The notes under the pieces are model-generated. The model was not told where the DNA came from, ran no database searches, and saw nothing but the letters and a program-made list of their open reading frames with translations. A stretch of 64,000 nt of DNA from Epiperipatus broadwayi (Eukaryota > Animalia > Onychophora): NCBI GenBank assembly GCA_028023455.1, contig JAQFVV010000003.1, forward strand, positions 24,180,001-24,244,000, in the 5' to 3' direction. The translations under genes and the position numbers were made by a program. Numbering within the stretch: position 1 is the first letter of the stretch; each line of letters begins with the position of its first letter. Positions 24,122-37,195 of the stretch are shown here, piece by piece.

Positions 24122-25769
24122 TCTTACATGTATTGATACAGGCATATAATAAGCCTGTATTTCATTTTAAAAAAGATAATGCTTTTTTTAAAAAAGACTA
24201 TTTATCAAAATATGTTTGTGAACCATGGAATTTGATTAAAAATGAAACAAAAAATTATACTGAGGATAAGAAAGAGAGATAGAATAAATATATTTTCAAG
24301 AAATTGAATTGTTTTATTGTTCAAGAATTTATAACAAGTTTGGACTCCAGAAAAGATAAAACTGGGTGTAATTTGTGAATCTTAAGCTTAAGAATATTTC
24401 AATTTACCATTGCACTAAAGCATACAGAACATATAAATATGAATGAATTCAACTCAATTAATAATAATAATAAATGGTGATAGAATAAACATATTGTTAG
24501 AAGGCAGGATAATCCATAAACTGGACAGTTCATAACTCATAAAGACATTTTATAAAATTATAAAATATTATGAAAAAATGCTATTTGCCATTTTAATGTT
24601 AATCATGTTCCACAATCATGCTCTAATATGAAATTAATGTCACTGACTCGATTAGTATCAAATCTTAGTAACGATTCAAAATCTTATTGATACCCCACTT
24701 GATTTAAAGCCAATTTATCACTTCCAGTACTCAAATATCACCCATTCTTTTGACAATCATTTGATTATTTTTGCCTTGCACATTTTCCCACATATTTCAG
24801 GATCAATTCTCAGCTAAATAACATAAATAAACTGACTCTGATAAACTGAATGGATGTTAAATATGCAGTTTTTTTATTAGAATGCTTAAATATCTTAAGT
24901 TCCTGAGCAATTTTTAATCTTGTACACCATAGCTGACATCTGAGATATATATTATTACTGCTTTATAATTAATGGCTGATCCATTAAACCTTGCAGTATT
25001 GTATAAGACTCAACTTAGATCATAAATGTTACAACATATTTATTATGATCTTGTTTAATTTTCTACATTCATTATTGGCACTAGAATAGTTTCTATTTTA
25101 TTAATAACATATGTGTTTCAATACATATGGAGTTTGTAAAGTTTTATACAAGTTTTTTTTTAAAAAACTATTTTGCACCAGTTGACAGGTCATGATGGGT
25201 TTCACTTTAAATAATATATGCATACGTAAACTGATAAAATATCACACTGATTTGAAATACATTTACCATAATGAATTGAGTTCAACATTTTTCAACTACA
25301 GCAGATGTAAGTCCAATATTTTGTAGTATAGGTAGAACAATTCAAAAAAGTTTGTCAAGATAGCTTAACAGTAATCAATATTGATGAACTAATTTCTGTT
25401 TTATTAGTATTTTATGCTTTGGAGTCTTGTATAATTTTTAAATCAAACACTTATATTCTTCTTATTTAAATTTTATTTTTAATGATATTTCAGTTTGAAT
25501 AATTTTTATGTAGTTTCATGTAACCATTAAACTGAGTTCAAACTTTCTCAAGTATTGTATAGCAAATTAAGTATATTAGCTTTGAGCTTCTTAACTTATA
25601 AAATTGTTTCAAAACAATTTTATAAATTAATAAGTGTATTAAAATGACAGAGTAATTAGATTAAGGATTCTAATGTTGGTGAGTATCGTATTTATTCTTT
25701 AGATCTTGCCTTAGGGCAGAAGCATATTTACTAATAATTTTAAAAACTTTTGTCTTGACTTTTTATTTA

Positions 25770-28459
25770 GTTATTTACAACTGCAGATCACTTTCAAGTG
25801 AAGGAAGATTGCAAGAATTAGAAGAAGAACTGTCTTATATTAAATGGGACATTATTGGACTTTGGGAAGTTAGAAGAAAAGGTAAAGAAACAATTGATTT
25901 AAAACGTGGCATGTACTCTATTATAAAGGCACAATTATTGGAAATACAAGTGGAGTAGGATTAATTATAAATAAAAAGTGGAAGAACAACATTGTGAAGA
26001 TTGATGGTGTATCAAACAGAGTAGCAAGATTAGTTATACAACTTAATAGCAGATACCAAATGCGGATAATTCAAGTTTATTCCCCAACAAGTTCACATAA
26101 TGATGAAGTAGTGGAAGATTTTTATATGGATGTACAAAAGGCTTTTAATCAGAGTAAACAACATTTTAAAATTGTTATGGGAGACCTTAATGCTGGAATT
26201 GGTAAATAAATGAACGATGAAAGTGCTGTAGGTAATTTTGGTTATGGTAATAGAAATGAAAGAGGATATAGACTTGTGGAGTTTGCAGAAAAAGAAAAAC
26301 TTTATATTATGAATTCTTTTTTTTGAGAAAAATGTCAAAAGGAAATGGACATGAAAGCATCCAAATGAAGGTACAGCAGAATTCGATTATATTTTGACTA
26401 ACAGAGAATACATATTTCAAGATTGTAATGTTCTTAATAAATTTATCACAGGAAGTAATCATCGATTAGTAAAATGTAAGATACGTGTTAATGCAAAACT
26501 AGAGAGACAAAAATTATTAAGAAAAACAATATGAATTTAAATTAGAACTTACAAATAGGTTTCAAGTATTAGTAGATTTTGAACATGATTCAGATTTTAA
26601 TGAAATTAATATGAAAATAACTAATACACTTTTAAAAACTGCAACAAAGATAGCTGGTAGAAAAAAGCAGCACTTGACCAAGAAAATTTCTACTAAGACT
26701 AGAGAATTTATGAAGAAAAGAAGGAATATGAAGATATACAAAAATGATGCATTAAAAAGGATTGAATATCTCGAATTTTGTAAAATGGTGCAGAAAAGAG
26801 TTGAAAATGATATAAGAAAGTATAACTGTGAACTAGCAAGGAAAGCTGTAGAAGAAAATAAAAGTCTCAAGAATATAACAACATTTTGGTATTGATAGAA
26901 AATTTATATCTGCAATAAGAAAAAAAGATGGAATTATTACTAAAAAGAGAGATGACATCATGAAATGGGTAGAAGACTTTTATCAAGAATTATATAGTAA
27001 TAAAGAACAAGTACCTCCTATATCTATTACATCTTCCAAATTTACCAGAATTTTAAATGATGTAGTGAGACATGCAATTAAATATATGAAGAAAGGAAAG
27101 ACTCCAGGTAATGAAAAGAAGCAGGTGAAGAAATGAATTTTTTTTAGCAAAGTTATATACCAAATGTCTAAATGATAAAGATGTACCAGATGATTGAAAG
27201 AATGCAGTAATAATATTAATATTTATAAAAGGTGATAAAGAAGATATTAGAACTTACAGACCTATCAGCTTTTTATCAGTTTTATACAAAATTTTTACCA
27301 AGATAAAACATTGGATTTTCACCAACCAAGAGAACAAGCTGGATTTAAAAGTGGTTTTAGTACAGTAGATCATATCCAGTATTGATAGAAGTTATAGAAA
27401 GGACAAATGAATATGAGTTGTCATTATATTTTGGATTTGTAGATTATGAAAAGGCATTTGATTTTATAAACATTTCTTCAGTGGTTATCAAGGTATAGAT
27501 CCAGGATATTGTCATATTTTAAAGAATATTTATAAAAATGCGACAGCAACAATTAGATTACATAATGATACTGGGAAAGTCAACATTGAGAAGGGTATAA
27601 GACAAGGTGACTCCATATCTCCAAAACTTTTTACAGCAGTGCTACAAGAAGTATTTTGTGGATTAAAATGCAAAACTAAAGAAGTGAAAGTAAATGGAGA
27701 TTATTTAAGTCATTTAGATTTTGCAGATGATGTAGTTGTTTTTGCAAGTAATGCTTCAGAACTGCAGGAAATGTTGTAGGAGTTATCAGATGAAAGTATG
27801 ACTAAAGATAAATGTTAAAAAGACTAAAGTAATGTTTAATCGATTTGCTCAAAATATGAAAATAAAGATTGATTATGATGAATTAGAAGAAGTTAACATT
27901 TACAAATACCTTGGTCAGATTATTAATACAGATGGAAACATAATGGATGAAATTAATCATAGAATTAAACTTGGTTGGAGTGCATTTGGTAGAAATAACT
28001 TGATACTAAAAGGAAATATGCTTCTGTGTTTAGAAAGGAAGGTTTTTAACAAGTGTGTTTTACCAGTTCTTACTTATGGATCTGAGACTTGGACACTTAA
28101 TAGAAGAGCAATACAGGGATGTCAGACCACTCAAAGAAGTATGGAGAGATCGAAAATGCAATGTATGGGTAAGAGAGCAAACAGATGTTACTGACCTCAT
28201 TCAAAAATTAAAAGATTGAAGCGGAGTTGGGCTGGACATATTGCTAGAAGAGATGATAATAGATGGACAATTGAAGTCTTAAACTGGATTCCAAGAGATT
28301 GTAAAAGACCCAGAAAGAGACCACATATGACATTGATGAATAAGATGAGAAAGTGTGCAAGGGTGATGTGGAGAGGAGAAGCTAAAGATCGGAGAAGATG
28401 GATTGAACTTGGAGAGACCTTCATCCTGCAGTGGATTGATAATGGTTGATGATGATGAT
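25770..28459 (+). mobile_element. RTE-clade non-LTR retrotransposon, near-full-length but inactivated (APE endonuclease + RT)
   Basis: APE motifs VIYNCRSL, WDIIGLWEVRR, QVYSPTSS, MGDLNAGIG. RT motifs [14 protein letters not shown] (~27255), FVDYEKAFD (~27437), GIRQGDSISPKLF (~27594), FADDVVVF (~27720), YKYLGQ, LTYGSETWTL. C-terminus WAGHIARRDDNRW...GETFILQW, then a (GAT)n tail. Many stops and frameshifts. Confidence 0.93.
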
Positions 28460-29289
28460 ATATTTGCGAATCTATGCATATACCTTGTTTGTTTGTTTTA
28501 ATTTATTTAAATATACATATAATGTTCATAAAACATTCGTATACAAGATAGAAAAGCAGCTTGCATAGATTAATTAATGTGCACTCTTTGTAAGCTAGTT
28601 TTAACTAAATATATTTTTAATGTTTTGTTATATATAAGAACAGAACAAGCCTATTTATTATATGTATATACACGCAGACACAAATGAATTACTATACTTT
28701 TAAGATTGGATATTTTGTTAAAAAAGATAAGATCAAAAAAATTTGAAGAGTTTTATCTGGTAAGAAAAAAAAATAAACTTTGCTTATCGTTTTAAACTTT
28801 TGTCAGAAGTTTGAATAAACACAAACTATTTTTGTTTGACAATAAACATTACTTTTTATTATCTTTAGTTTGGGATTTTAAATAGATTTAGAATATATAT
28901 CATTTGCAGAATTAAAAAAAAAAAAAACATGTCTAATCTTTTTTTTTCATGTTTTAACTAAAATAGAAATTAATTTTTGACCTATTTCTGTACGGTGTTA
29001 TGGAGTACATGTTAATAGGACATGTAGTGTTTGTTTTTTCATTTCAAAAAATTTGCTACAAAAATGAAGTCTTGATAGAATATGAAGCAGTAAATATCAC
29101 CATCACATGATGTATTTACTTTTTTAAAACAATCTTTTTTTTTTTTTCAAAAGTATTTGAATTCTTTATATTTTAAAGGAGAGAGTAACGGTCATTAAAT
29201 AATTTTTAAAAAAGCATCCTTTTTATGTAATTATGTTAAATCACTTGGCAAACATAACAGCAATAATTGTCTTGTATAAGCTATAAGAA

Positions 29290-29760
29290 ATACAAAAGCA
29301 AATGATATAAGGAATTCAGCAAACATCCTCATCTCAGTTATCCACCTCACACATAGTCTTTTTCTGGATCTTTTTACAATCATTTGGAATTCACTTATAA
29401 AATTGTCAATTAGTCATATGTTGCCATCTCTTATAGGCGCTGCTTAATTCCACATCAACGTCTTAATTTTTTAAGGATGTGACTAATTCCTATTCCTGTT
29501 TGTTTCCTCATCCCTATAAAAACTTGAAATAAAAAAACATCATGATGGAAGATATCTGTAGACCTAGTTAATGTAAAGAATAAGATAGGATTCAAAGCTA
29601 CATTCCAGTAGTTGTTTAATTGCATTAAATCACAATCAGTCAAACAATTAAATCCATATTTGATAGTTTTAGGAAGGTGTCCGCAGTCAGACTGAACATG
29701 CTCAGTTTGAGAACCTATTTATCATCAAACAATGGAGGGTCAGAAAATAATATAGTGTGT
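29290..29760 (-). mobile_element. RTE 3' fragment, antisense, about 0.8 kb downstream of the large RTE
   Basis: Reverse complement ttccaaatgattgtaaaagatccagaaaaagac matches ttccaagagattgtaaaagacccagaaagagac at ~28289. Confidence 0.7.
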
Positions 29761-30652
29761 ATTTATTGATGGCATTCTCTGTACAATTTAGTAAATTATT
29801 GAATTGATTCTCAGTTGAACATAAAATAAACAACCAATGATAGACAAAATAATTTCTTTATACTATATATATCAGGAATTTATTTAAAAAATCAAGTTTT
29901 GTCATCCCTTATGATAAATAACAAAAAACATTATCCTAGTAATATATTTGTTTTATTCTTAACTGATAATGAAAATAAACTTATGATTTTATTTTCATTT
30001 CTAAAGAAGGCAAGAGATCTTTTGTAAACACTTACAGCTACTTCTGCATTTAAGTAAATGCAATATAAGTAATTTACAAAGTATGGTGGGGAGGGTGTCA
30101 CATTAACGTGGCTGTCAATTCTTGTTTGTAACATTCTAAAAACATCTAATGTGATATATTCTACTGGTTATTTTCATTTGTAAGATAAAATGACCTCATA
30201 TTCCACACTGTGATGAATGTTAAACATGTATTTGAATTGAAAATCCAACTTATTTAAAATATGATTTCAGTAAAAAGTCATAAAATGAATCATTTGAATA
30301 AGTCAAGGACTGCTTTTATTAACATGTTACAATTCAAATAAATTTGCATTAGTCATCATTTTGACTGAAAAAAAAAAGATATGATTTTGATTTGACATTT
30401 TAAAGAGATATTAAATTGCCTTCAGAAAATAATCCTATTTTTAAAATGAAATATTATAAAATAAATATAAAAACTAAATAATAATAATAATTGAACATTT
30501 TTGGTTCCAGAATCCATCTTTCTATCAGGGCAATAAACCACATTTCAGTGTTTTTGTTCATTCATTTATAAATTCAAAAAAGTATTCATTGACAACTGTT
30601 TGAAAATCAATATTTTTTTTGAAGCTACCTTCATTTTATTTGGAACTTTTAT

Positions 30653-30868
30653 ATATAGAGCTCATATAACAAGCTTTTCAGAATATTCCCAACCCCAGAC
30701 CGGTTTCTGCTACTGGCTTCATCAAAAAATACCAGTAACAGAAACTGGTCTGGGGTTAGGGATATTCTGCAAAGTTTGTTAAGAGCTTATTTGTTAGCTC
30801 TATATATAACATTTGTAATACAAGCTTATTAAATTAGGTCATGTGACATATGACTTGATTTCTTTCTA
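30653..30868. mobile_element. Small HHR-family fold-back insertion (family B) with a perfect 20 bp TSD
   Basis: Inverted arms around 30649-30809. Tail gtcatgtgacatatgacttg. ATTTTATTTGGAACTTTTAT occurs at 30633-30652 and 30869-30888. Contains GAAACCGGTC-TGGGG (- strand) and GAAACTGGTC-TGGGG (+ strand). Confidence 0.8.
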
Positions 30869-32224
30869 ATTTTATTTGGAACTTTTATCTTCTCATGTAA
30901 AGGATTCCAAACACATTTTCTTCCTCTTATAAGTGAGCATTGTATGATTTTTTGATGAAGTTTAATTGCATGTTAAGTTGGATTTTTTTCTCTCAGATAT
31001 ATATTTATCATAATTTATAATTACGAGTATGCGAAAATATATTTTTAACAAATGAAAATAAGTACTACAATATATTACCACTCAGCATAAGATAAACTAG
31101 AATTGTGGACTGTTGATTTACAAATCAGTTTAATTTTGTACATTTTGTAATTAATATACAGAAATTGATCACATTAGCCTGAATGTAGAGTTTATATTAA
31201 TGTAGATACATGGGCAACATTTTTTTAAGTTGCTATAATTATCAAATCCATTTTCAGATTAATGATTTCTATAAGGAATGTAAACAGCATGTCTTGATTT
31301 TAATTATATTTAATTTTTTTTTTAAAAAAAGGCTAAGTAATAAATAGTTTATAAATAAATCTATTAATGTTATATAAAATTAACAAATTTAATATTATCT
31401 CTACTTAGATCAAGTTTAATAATGATTTTCCAATTGGCTAGCAACCTTTTTTAGGATTATAATACATAATTTTTATGATTTTATTTTTAAAAATTACAAA
31501 ATTTAAAGTTCTAATAACAATTAAATCCTTTATACTCCTAAGAAAAATTGCTAAACCAAATATTTAGAAGACAAAAATATCAATAAAAAGCATTGAAATA
31601 AAAAGTATGAAATTGGACATTATTAAACAATATGATAATATATTCAACTATTAGTTTTATTTATGTCCATTCCATTGTTTTGATTATTATTTTTAGTTCA
31701 AATATTGTCCCTCAATTTTCTTTACATAAAATTCATCACTACCAGTATAAGGTTCATTTTAAAATAGCAAATGTACCAAAATGTGATATCATGTGACATG
31801 CATAGTGTATATACTTGAATGGTTTTATTATTTAGGTTGCCATCATTTTGATAGGTTACTGCAATTCCTATATTAGAAATGGATGAGAATTTAAAATAAT
31901 TCTAATACAGCCATGATGTTGTTAAAACAATTTTAACTGCAATTAAACTAAACTTTTGTGGTTTAGTACAGCCAAAAAATTAATGGATGAAAATAATTCT
32001 AATTGTATTTGTTCAAATCCTCCATAATTATAATTAAACTCTAGATATATGAAATATGCCTGTATTTCAAATATTACAGATTCCACTTGCATCCTGCCCA
32101 TCCCTCTTCTATGTTTTTTTAAATGGACAAGGTCTTATAGATGAGTCTCAGAGTGACTTAAGGTTGACATGGGTATGATAATATTGGTATCAGCATTGGA
32201 TTTAGGTGTTCCATCATCATATTT

Positions 32225-32480
32225 TCAATGGTATGGATGGCTGAAGAGTTGGAGGATGGAGTAGATTGAAGCCTGTCCATTAAAGTTTGAAGATTTGCTA
32301 TTTTAATATTATAAACTGAACACTGATTATATATAAGTGTGGGAGATGATGATCTGGACCAATGCACAAAATATATTGATGATCATTTTATCTTTTTCAC
32401 ATGTGTGTGGTCATATGTATTAGTGGTATGAAATAGAATGATTAGCTAAAAGGAGCTTGAAAGTCTGGGTTCAAATCCCT
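32225..32480 (+). mobile_element. Single-arm copy of family C with the HHR region partly deleted
   Basis: gatggctgaagagttggag...attgaagcctgtccattaaagtttgaagatttgcta...gtgtgggagatgatgatctggaccaa matches 23857-23980. Confidence 0.75.
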
Positions 32481-35400
32481 TACAATTAAATGTATATATT
32501 GTAATAATCAGCTTGCTATAATTAAATTGATTCAGTGGTGTTATCAGACAATACTTTCAGGAAATATGCAGGCATATACTTTATTTATATATTTTATCAG
32601 ACTTCTGAAATATTTTTCTTAACATGTAATCTCTATTTGAAGCACTTAGCCAAATCACTGGGAACATGAGCTATACTCAATAAAATGGACATGGAATTAA
32701 TATGTGCACCAGACAACATTTATCTAAACAAAGAAGTTAATATACACTGTATAAAGAAATAACAAAACAATAATTTATTTCATAAAATGTATTCTTTTTG
32801 TTTACCTTAATTATACTTCCATTACCAATTATATTAGAATTTGTTAAATATTATTAGTACCAACAATTTTTTTTTTTGTAATCTAAAAATCTTTATGATT
32901 ATAATTTAACATAACAAATGTAATTGCATGGTAATGATCTATTTCATAGTCATTTTTCAACTATCTTATAATTTATAATTCATTATCATGCACTGGAAAA
33001 CAAATCTGAAACAAATTATACTAATTATCACATTTTCTGTTAAATGTCTCTGGGTTTATCTTGATTAATTTTAAAACATTAATCGTTTAATTAGATATTA
33101 CATCAAGTTCATTTCCCCATTGAGTCAATCTCTGGTCTTTAATATATCCTGGATATAATTCTACTTATGGCAGACCCTCACAAATATAATATATGTATCT
33201 CTATCTTTATATATCTAGTATGAGTTATTATAACAAGTACACTTTTTTCATAACAATAATTCTAGAGAATGTTCACTTTATATCATAATCCTTTTTTAAT
33301 AATAACCAAATTGAATTAATTAAGGTGGTCCTTTTACATCTGACCTTGAATTTAAAAAACAAAACTATGAAAAAATGTCTAAACCATTTAAACTAGTGAT
33401 CTAAACATCTACATTTATATTATAAGTTCTAATGTACATAAAATCTAATTTACTGTAATTAATGATTAATTTATGTACAAATGAAATTGATTGAATTTAA
33501 AATAACCTTTAGTTTAATTTAAAATTCCAATGATTATGCTGCCAATATTTTTTTCCAGAAGTGCTTTTTATTTCTTATCCTGGGCAGTTCACATTAAAGA
33601 TTTTTATACACATTTCATGTATTTAAAATAACTATTGTTTACTATTGGCTATTTTTTTTTACATATTCACTGACAATTTCAACTTGAAAAGAAAACCTTT
33701 TTTTTTTTTTGCCAAAGGAGATAAAATTTTAACTAATCATCTATATATATAAAAAAGGATGAAGTGAATTTTATATTTTAGTTGTTTAAACTCTGTTGAA
33801 AATAATATGTTAAATAGCAAACTTTGACAGAACATTCACTTCCTTCTTTAATCAATCAACCTAATAATTTATTGTACATATATAAATACTGTATATCTAT
33901 ATAGTTAATTATAATTAAATTATTTTAACAGGTCATCCCAAAATAAAACTCAAAATGGTTAATATCCAAGGATATCAGTCTAATTGATACATAGAATTTT
34001 TTAGCTGAAATTCTCTACAATTTGTTGTGAAAATTTCTATGTGCCTAATATTTTTCAATGGTATGCATTAAATAATTTGTTTTATTATCATGTTTTTTTA
34101 TTTTCCAAATCACTATACTGTCTTTTATAAGTTTCTTATTCAGGCAGGAATTCCTCTTCTCAGATATACAGTTCTTCCTGAAATACATTCTTTGAATTAT
34201 TTGATGTTTAGGCTTTTTTTCATGTATAGTAGATATTTCTTTAAAATAGCTTGATCAGGTTCATCAATGTGGATCCAAGATTAGCTTTTGGCAGCTGTTG
34301 GTTTTTTTCCTTTTTATACTCAGTCATCATACTGATTGCTCATTGAAGATTAAATAAAGCAAGAATCAAGGCTAATAATTTTAAAAAAACCCTGGCTATA
34401 TATATCATTGATCTCTTGTTTACAACACCTAGGTGACCTCAATGTATTTTAATTATATTCAATTTCAAAATGCCATAATTATTTAATGAATTAAATTTTT
34501 ATCTTGTTTTTGAATCTATTATCTCCAAACTCAAAATGCAACTTTAAAAGTAAAATTAGGCTTAATATTTAATTACATTATTTTTAATCTATTTAAGCCA
34601 AAATATAGATATTTTTTTTACTTAAACTTTTACAATTTATTTCTTTTAACACTAAAATACTTAATAATATTGTTTTTATATAAATAAATAAAAAAACTCA
34701 TTCTGTTATGAAACATACATTCTTTTAATCATAATTTTAATCTTTGATAAGAGAAGCTAGCTAGATTGTTTTAGCATAGTTTATACAATTTATTATTTAG
34801 TTTCTCTTAAATTTAAACCCGTGTAATAACATTTTTAATAATTCATTCTGAAATTTTAACATTAACTATTACTTTTAATAATTTCTTCTAAGATATTGCC
34901 ATTGTTTTATATAACTTTCTTTAGGATTTTTGTAATGCTAGTTTTATTAACTATTCTCACAACAACTGAAAACAGCTCACTGCCATGTAAAGGATCGCAT
35001 AGTTGACCATGAAATGAATAAGACATTTTAAATTTCAATGTTATGTTAATAAATTATTATATTTTTTAACCATTTTTCAAGTTTTTTAATACTTTCACTG
35101 ATGGTTCACTTACAAATGTTTTATAATATATAGTTAAATAATTATTAAATTCACAACTATATGATTCAAAGTATTAATGTTTGAACTATTGCACACTGTT
35201 AATTCCTGAAAAGTAATCAATAAAATATAACATCCCAAAATTAAAGCTTATATATAACAAAAAGTATAATATATGTGTAATAAAAACAAATTTGTGATCC
35301 ATTATATTATTGTTTTTATATATAATTAAATAAATTAATATCTAAATAGGCTGTTCAACAATAGATATTATTTTAAGACAAAAAAAAATTATCTTTTTGT

Positions 35401-36999
35401 TAATATTTAGTTATCCTTTCTAGTGGAACTGACACGAATGTTAACATATGCATTCATATATAACTAATGACATCTATATACACATATAGTAACATGTAAA
35501 TTGGTTTTTAATTATTTTTTTACATATAATATGTAATAAATGAAAATATGGTGACATTTAGATTGTTTTTTGAATTAATTTATATATAGAATACATTCAC
35601 TGTAAATTATATTACAACACTATGTATGCATTATAAGATATCAACATTATGTATGCATTATTATAAATATATATCCAAGTTTGGTTATCATTAATATGGA
35701 TTTATTTGTATAAATATATATACACCCCATATACCTTTATATACAAAATGTTGTGGAGATTTATACCCATATACACATATTATAATTACCCATTTATATT
35801 TAAATAGCCAATCTATAATTAATTGTATAGATATTTTATGTTTATTCATACTTTTACTTTTGTTATACATAATGTGATTGATATCTGAATTTTTTGTTGT
35901 TGTTGTTAAAATCTTTAATGTAATGTAAAGATTTAATCATAGTTTGACATTCTATTCAGTAACTATATGTCTAATTATGAATATTTGTTATCAAAGTATC
36001 TTTTCTTCTGTTAATTGTTTTATTGTTTTTCCTCTTTTCTCTGGTTGTTTTTTTTTATGTCCACAATAAACCATAATATATAAATACATTACATATGCAC
36101 ACATTTTTATACAAATAAATTTGTATTAATGGCAATTAATAAAAGTAAGCCATAATAAAAATATATCATTACTTTCAACCTGTCTTGTTATGACAATGCA
36201 TAAATAAAATTGTTATATTTTTATTTGGTTGTACAATATATTAATAAAAAATTGTAATTACAAAAGCTTAAATGTTACTTTCTGTTTGCACAGAGACCTC
36301 CCATTTCATCATACCATTTTTCTGTATTCATCATTTGCTATTTTTTTTTTTTTTCAAACTGTCATTTTTTGCATTTCTGCTCATATTTTTAATGAAATAT
36401 TTTTCAGTATAGTTTGTTGTTTTTTTAATTTGAAATATATATATATTGTAATAAAATAGTAATAATCTTTTCACATTTTAATTCTTATAATTGTGAGGAC
36501 AAGTTGTTGTTTTTTTCAGTGTTTTTAAACTGGATGTCTCTTTAAAAATCATTAACTTCAACACAATTTTTTTTATTTTGCTATTCTTTCTTTAAAAGAA
36601 AAAGTTCTTTTTTCTATTGTAAATTGTTAAAATTTTACAAGTGTCATTAATAAAACTCATATGATTAGTAATTTAAAGTGATTAATCAAAATCTTCATGC
36701 TCTCAGTTCCAAATGCTTCAGATTGGCCCATACATATAGCTTGGGTGAAAAAGATAGAGTGGATCCATTCTATATTTTAAAAAGACTTTATCTTGTGTTT
36801 GGAAATGAGAGTATTCTGTTTAACTAGTGTTTTATCTGTAAAGTGCATGTGCTGTGGTTTAAGCTATGTTATTATTTATAATTTTGGTTCTTGTAAAAAA
36901 TTTTAGCTTTTTTATAAAAGCCTTTCAAATAAAATACATTATAGAAATCAATTGAAATGTAAAATTTGTCCAAAATAAATAAATGTTAACTAAAAATAA

Positions 37000-37195
37000 G
37001 TCATACATCATGTGACTTAATTTAATAAGCTTGTAATTATAAAAACTAAATAGCATGCAATAGCTCTAATAAGCTTTATTGATAAATGCCACAAGAGAAA
37101 GCATTCAAAAAATAGGGATAATTTCTAGATGGAGATTTTTTCAATTCTTTCTCTTGCAGCATTTATCAATAAAGCTTGTTAGAGTTATTGCACAC
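37000..37195. repeat. Family B-related hairpin (about 50 bp arms)
   Basis: gcaatagctctaataagctttattgataaatgccacaagagaaag / ctttctcttgcagcatttatcaataaagcttgttagagttattgc. Preceded by the inverted family B tail aagtcatacatcatgtgacttaatttaataagcttgta. Confidence 0.6.

Noticed and set aside
25650-25770. HDV-like ribozyme expected in some RTE 5' UTRs
   Set aside because: Only a 4-5 bp hairpin (tgcc-tta-gggca) is visible; no nested double pseudoknot can be built.
32440-32480. Perfect Pol III B-box GGTTCAAATCC (32468-78) with an A-box-like TAGCTAAAAGG
   Set aside because: Box spacing is only ~14 nt. The homologous position in the 24.1 kb copy reads gtgctcatatacc, so the match is probably chance.
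33738-33985. Non-autonomous Helitron (5' TCTATATATATAAAA, weak 3' hairpin then CTAA-T)
   Set aside because: Both signals are low-complexity in AT-rich DNA and there is no second copy in the window.
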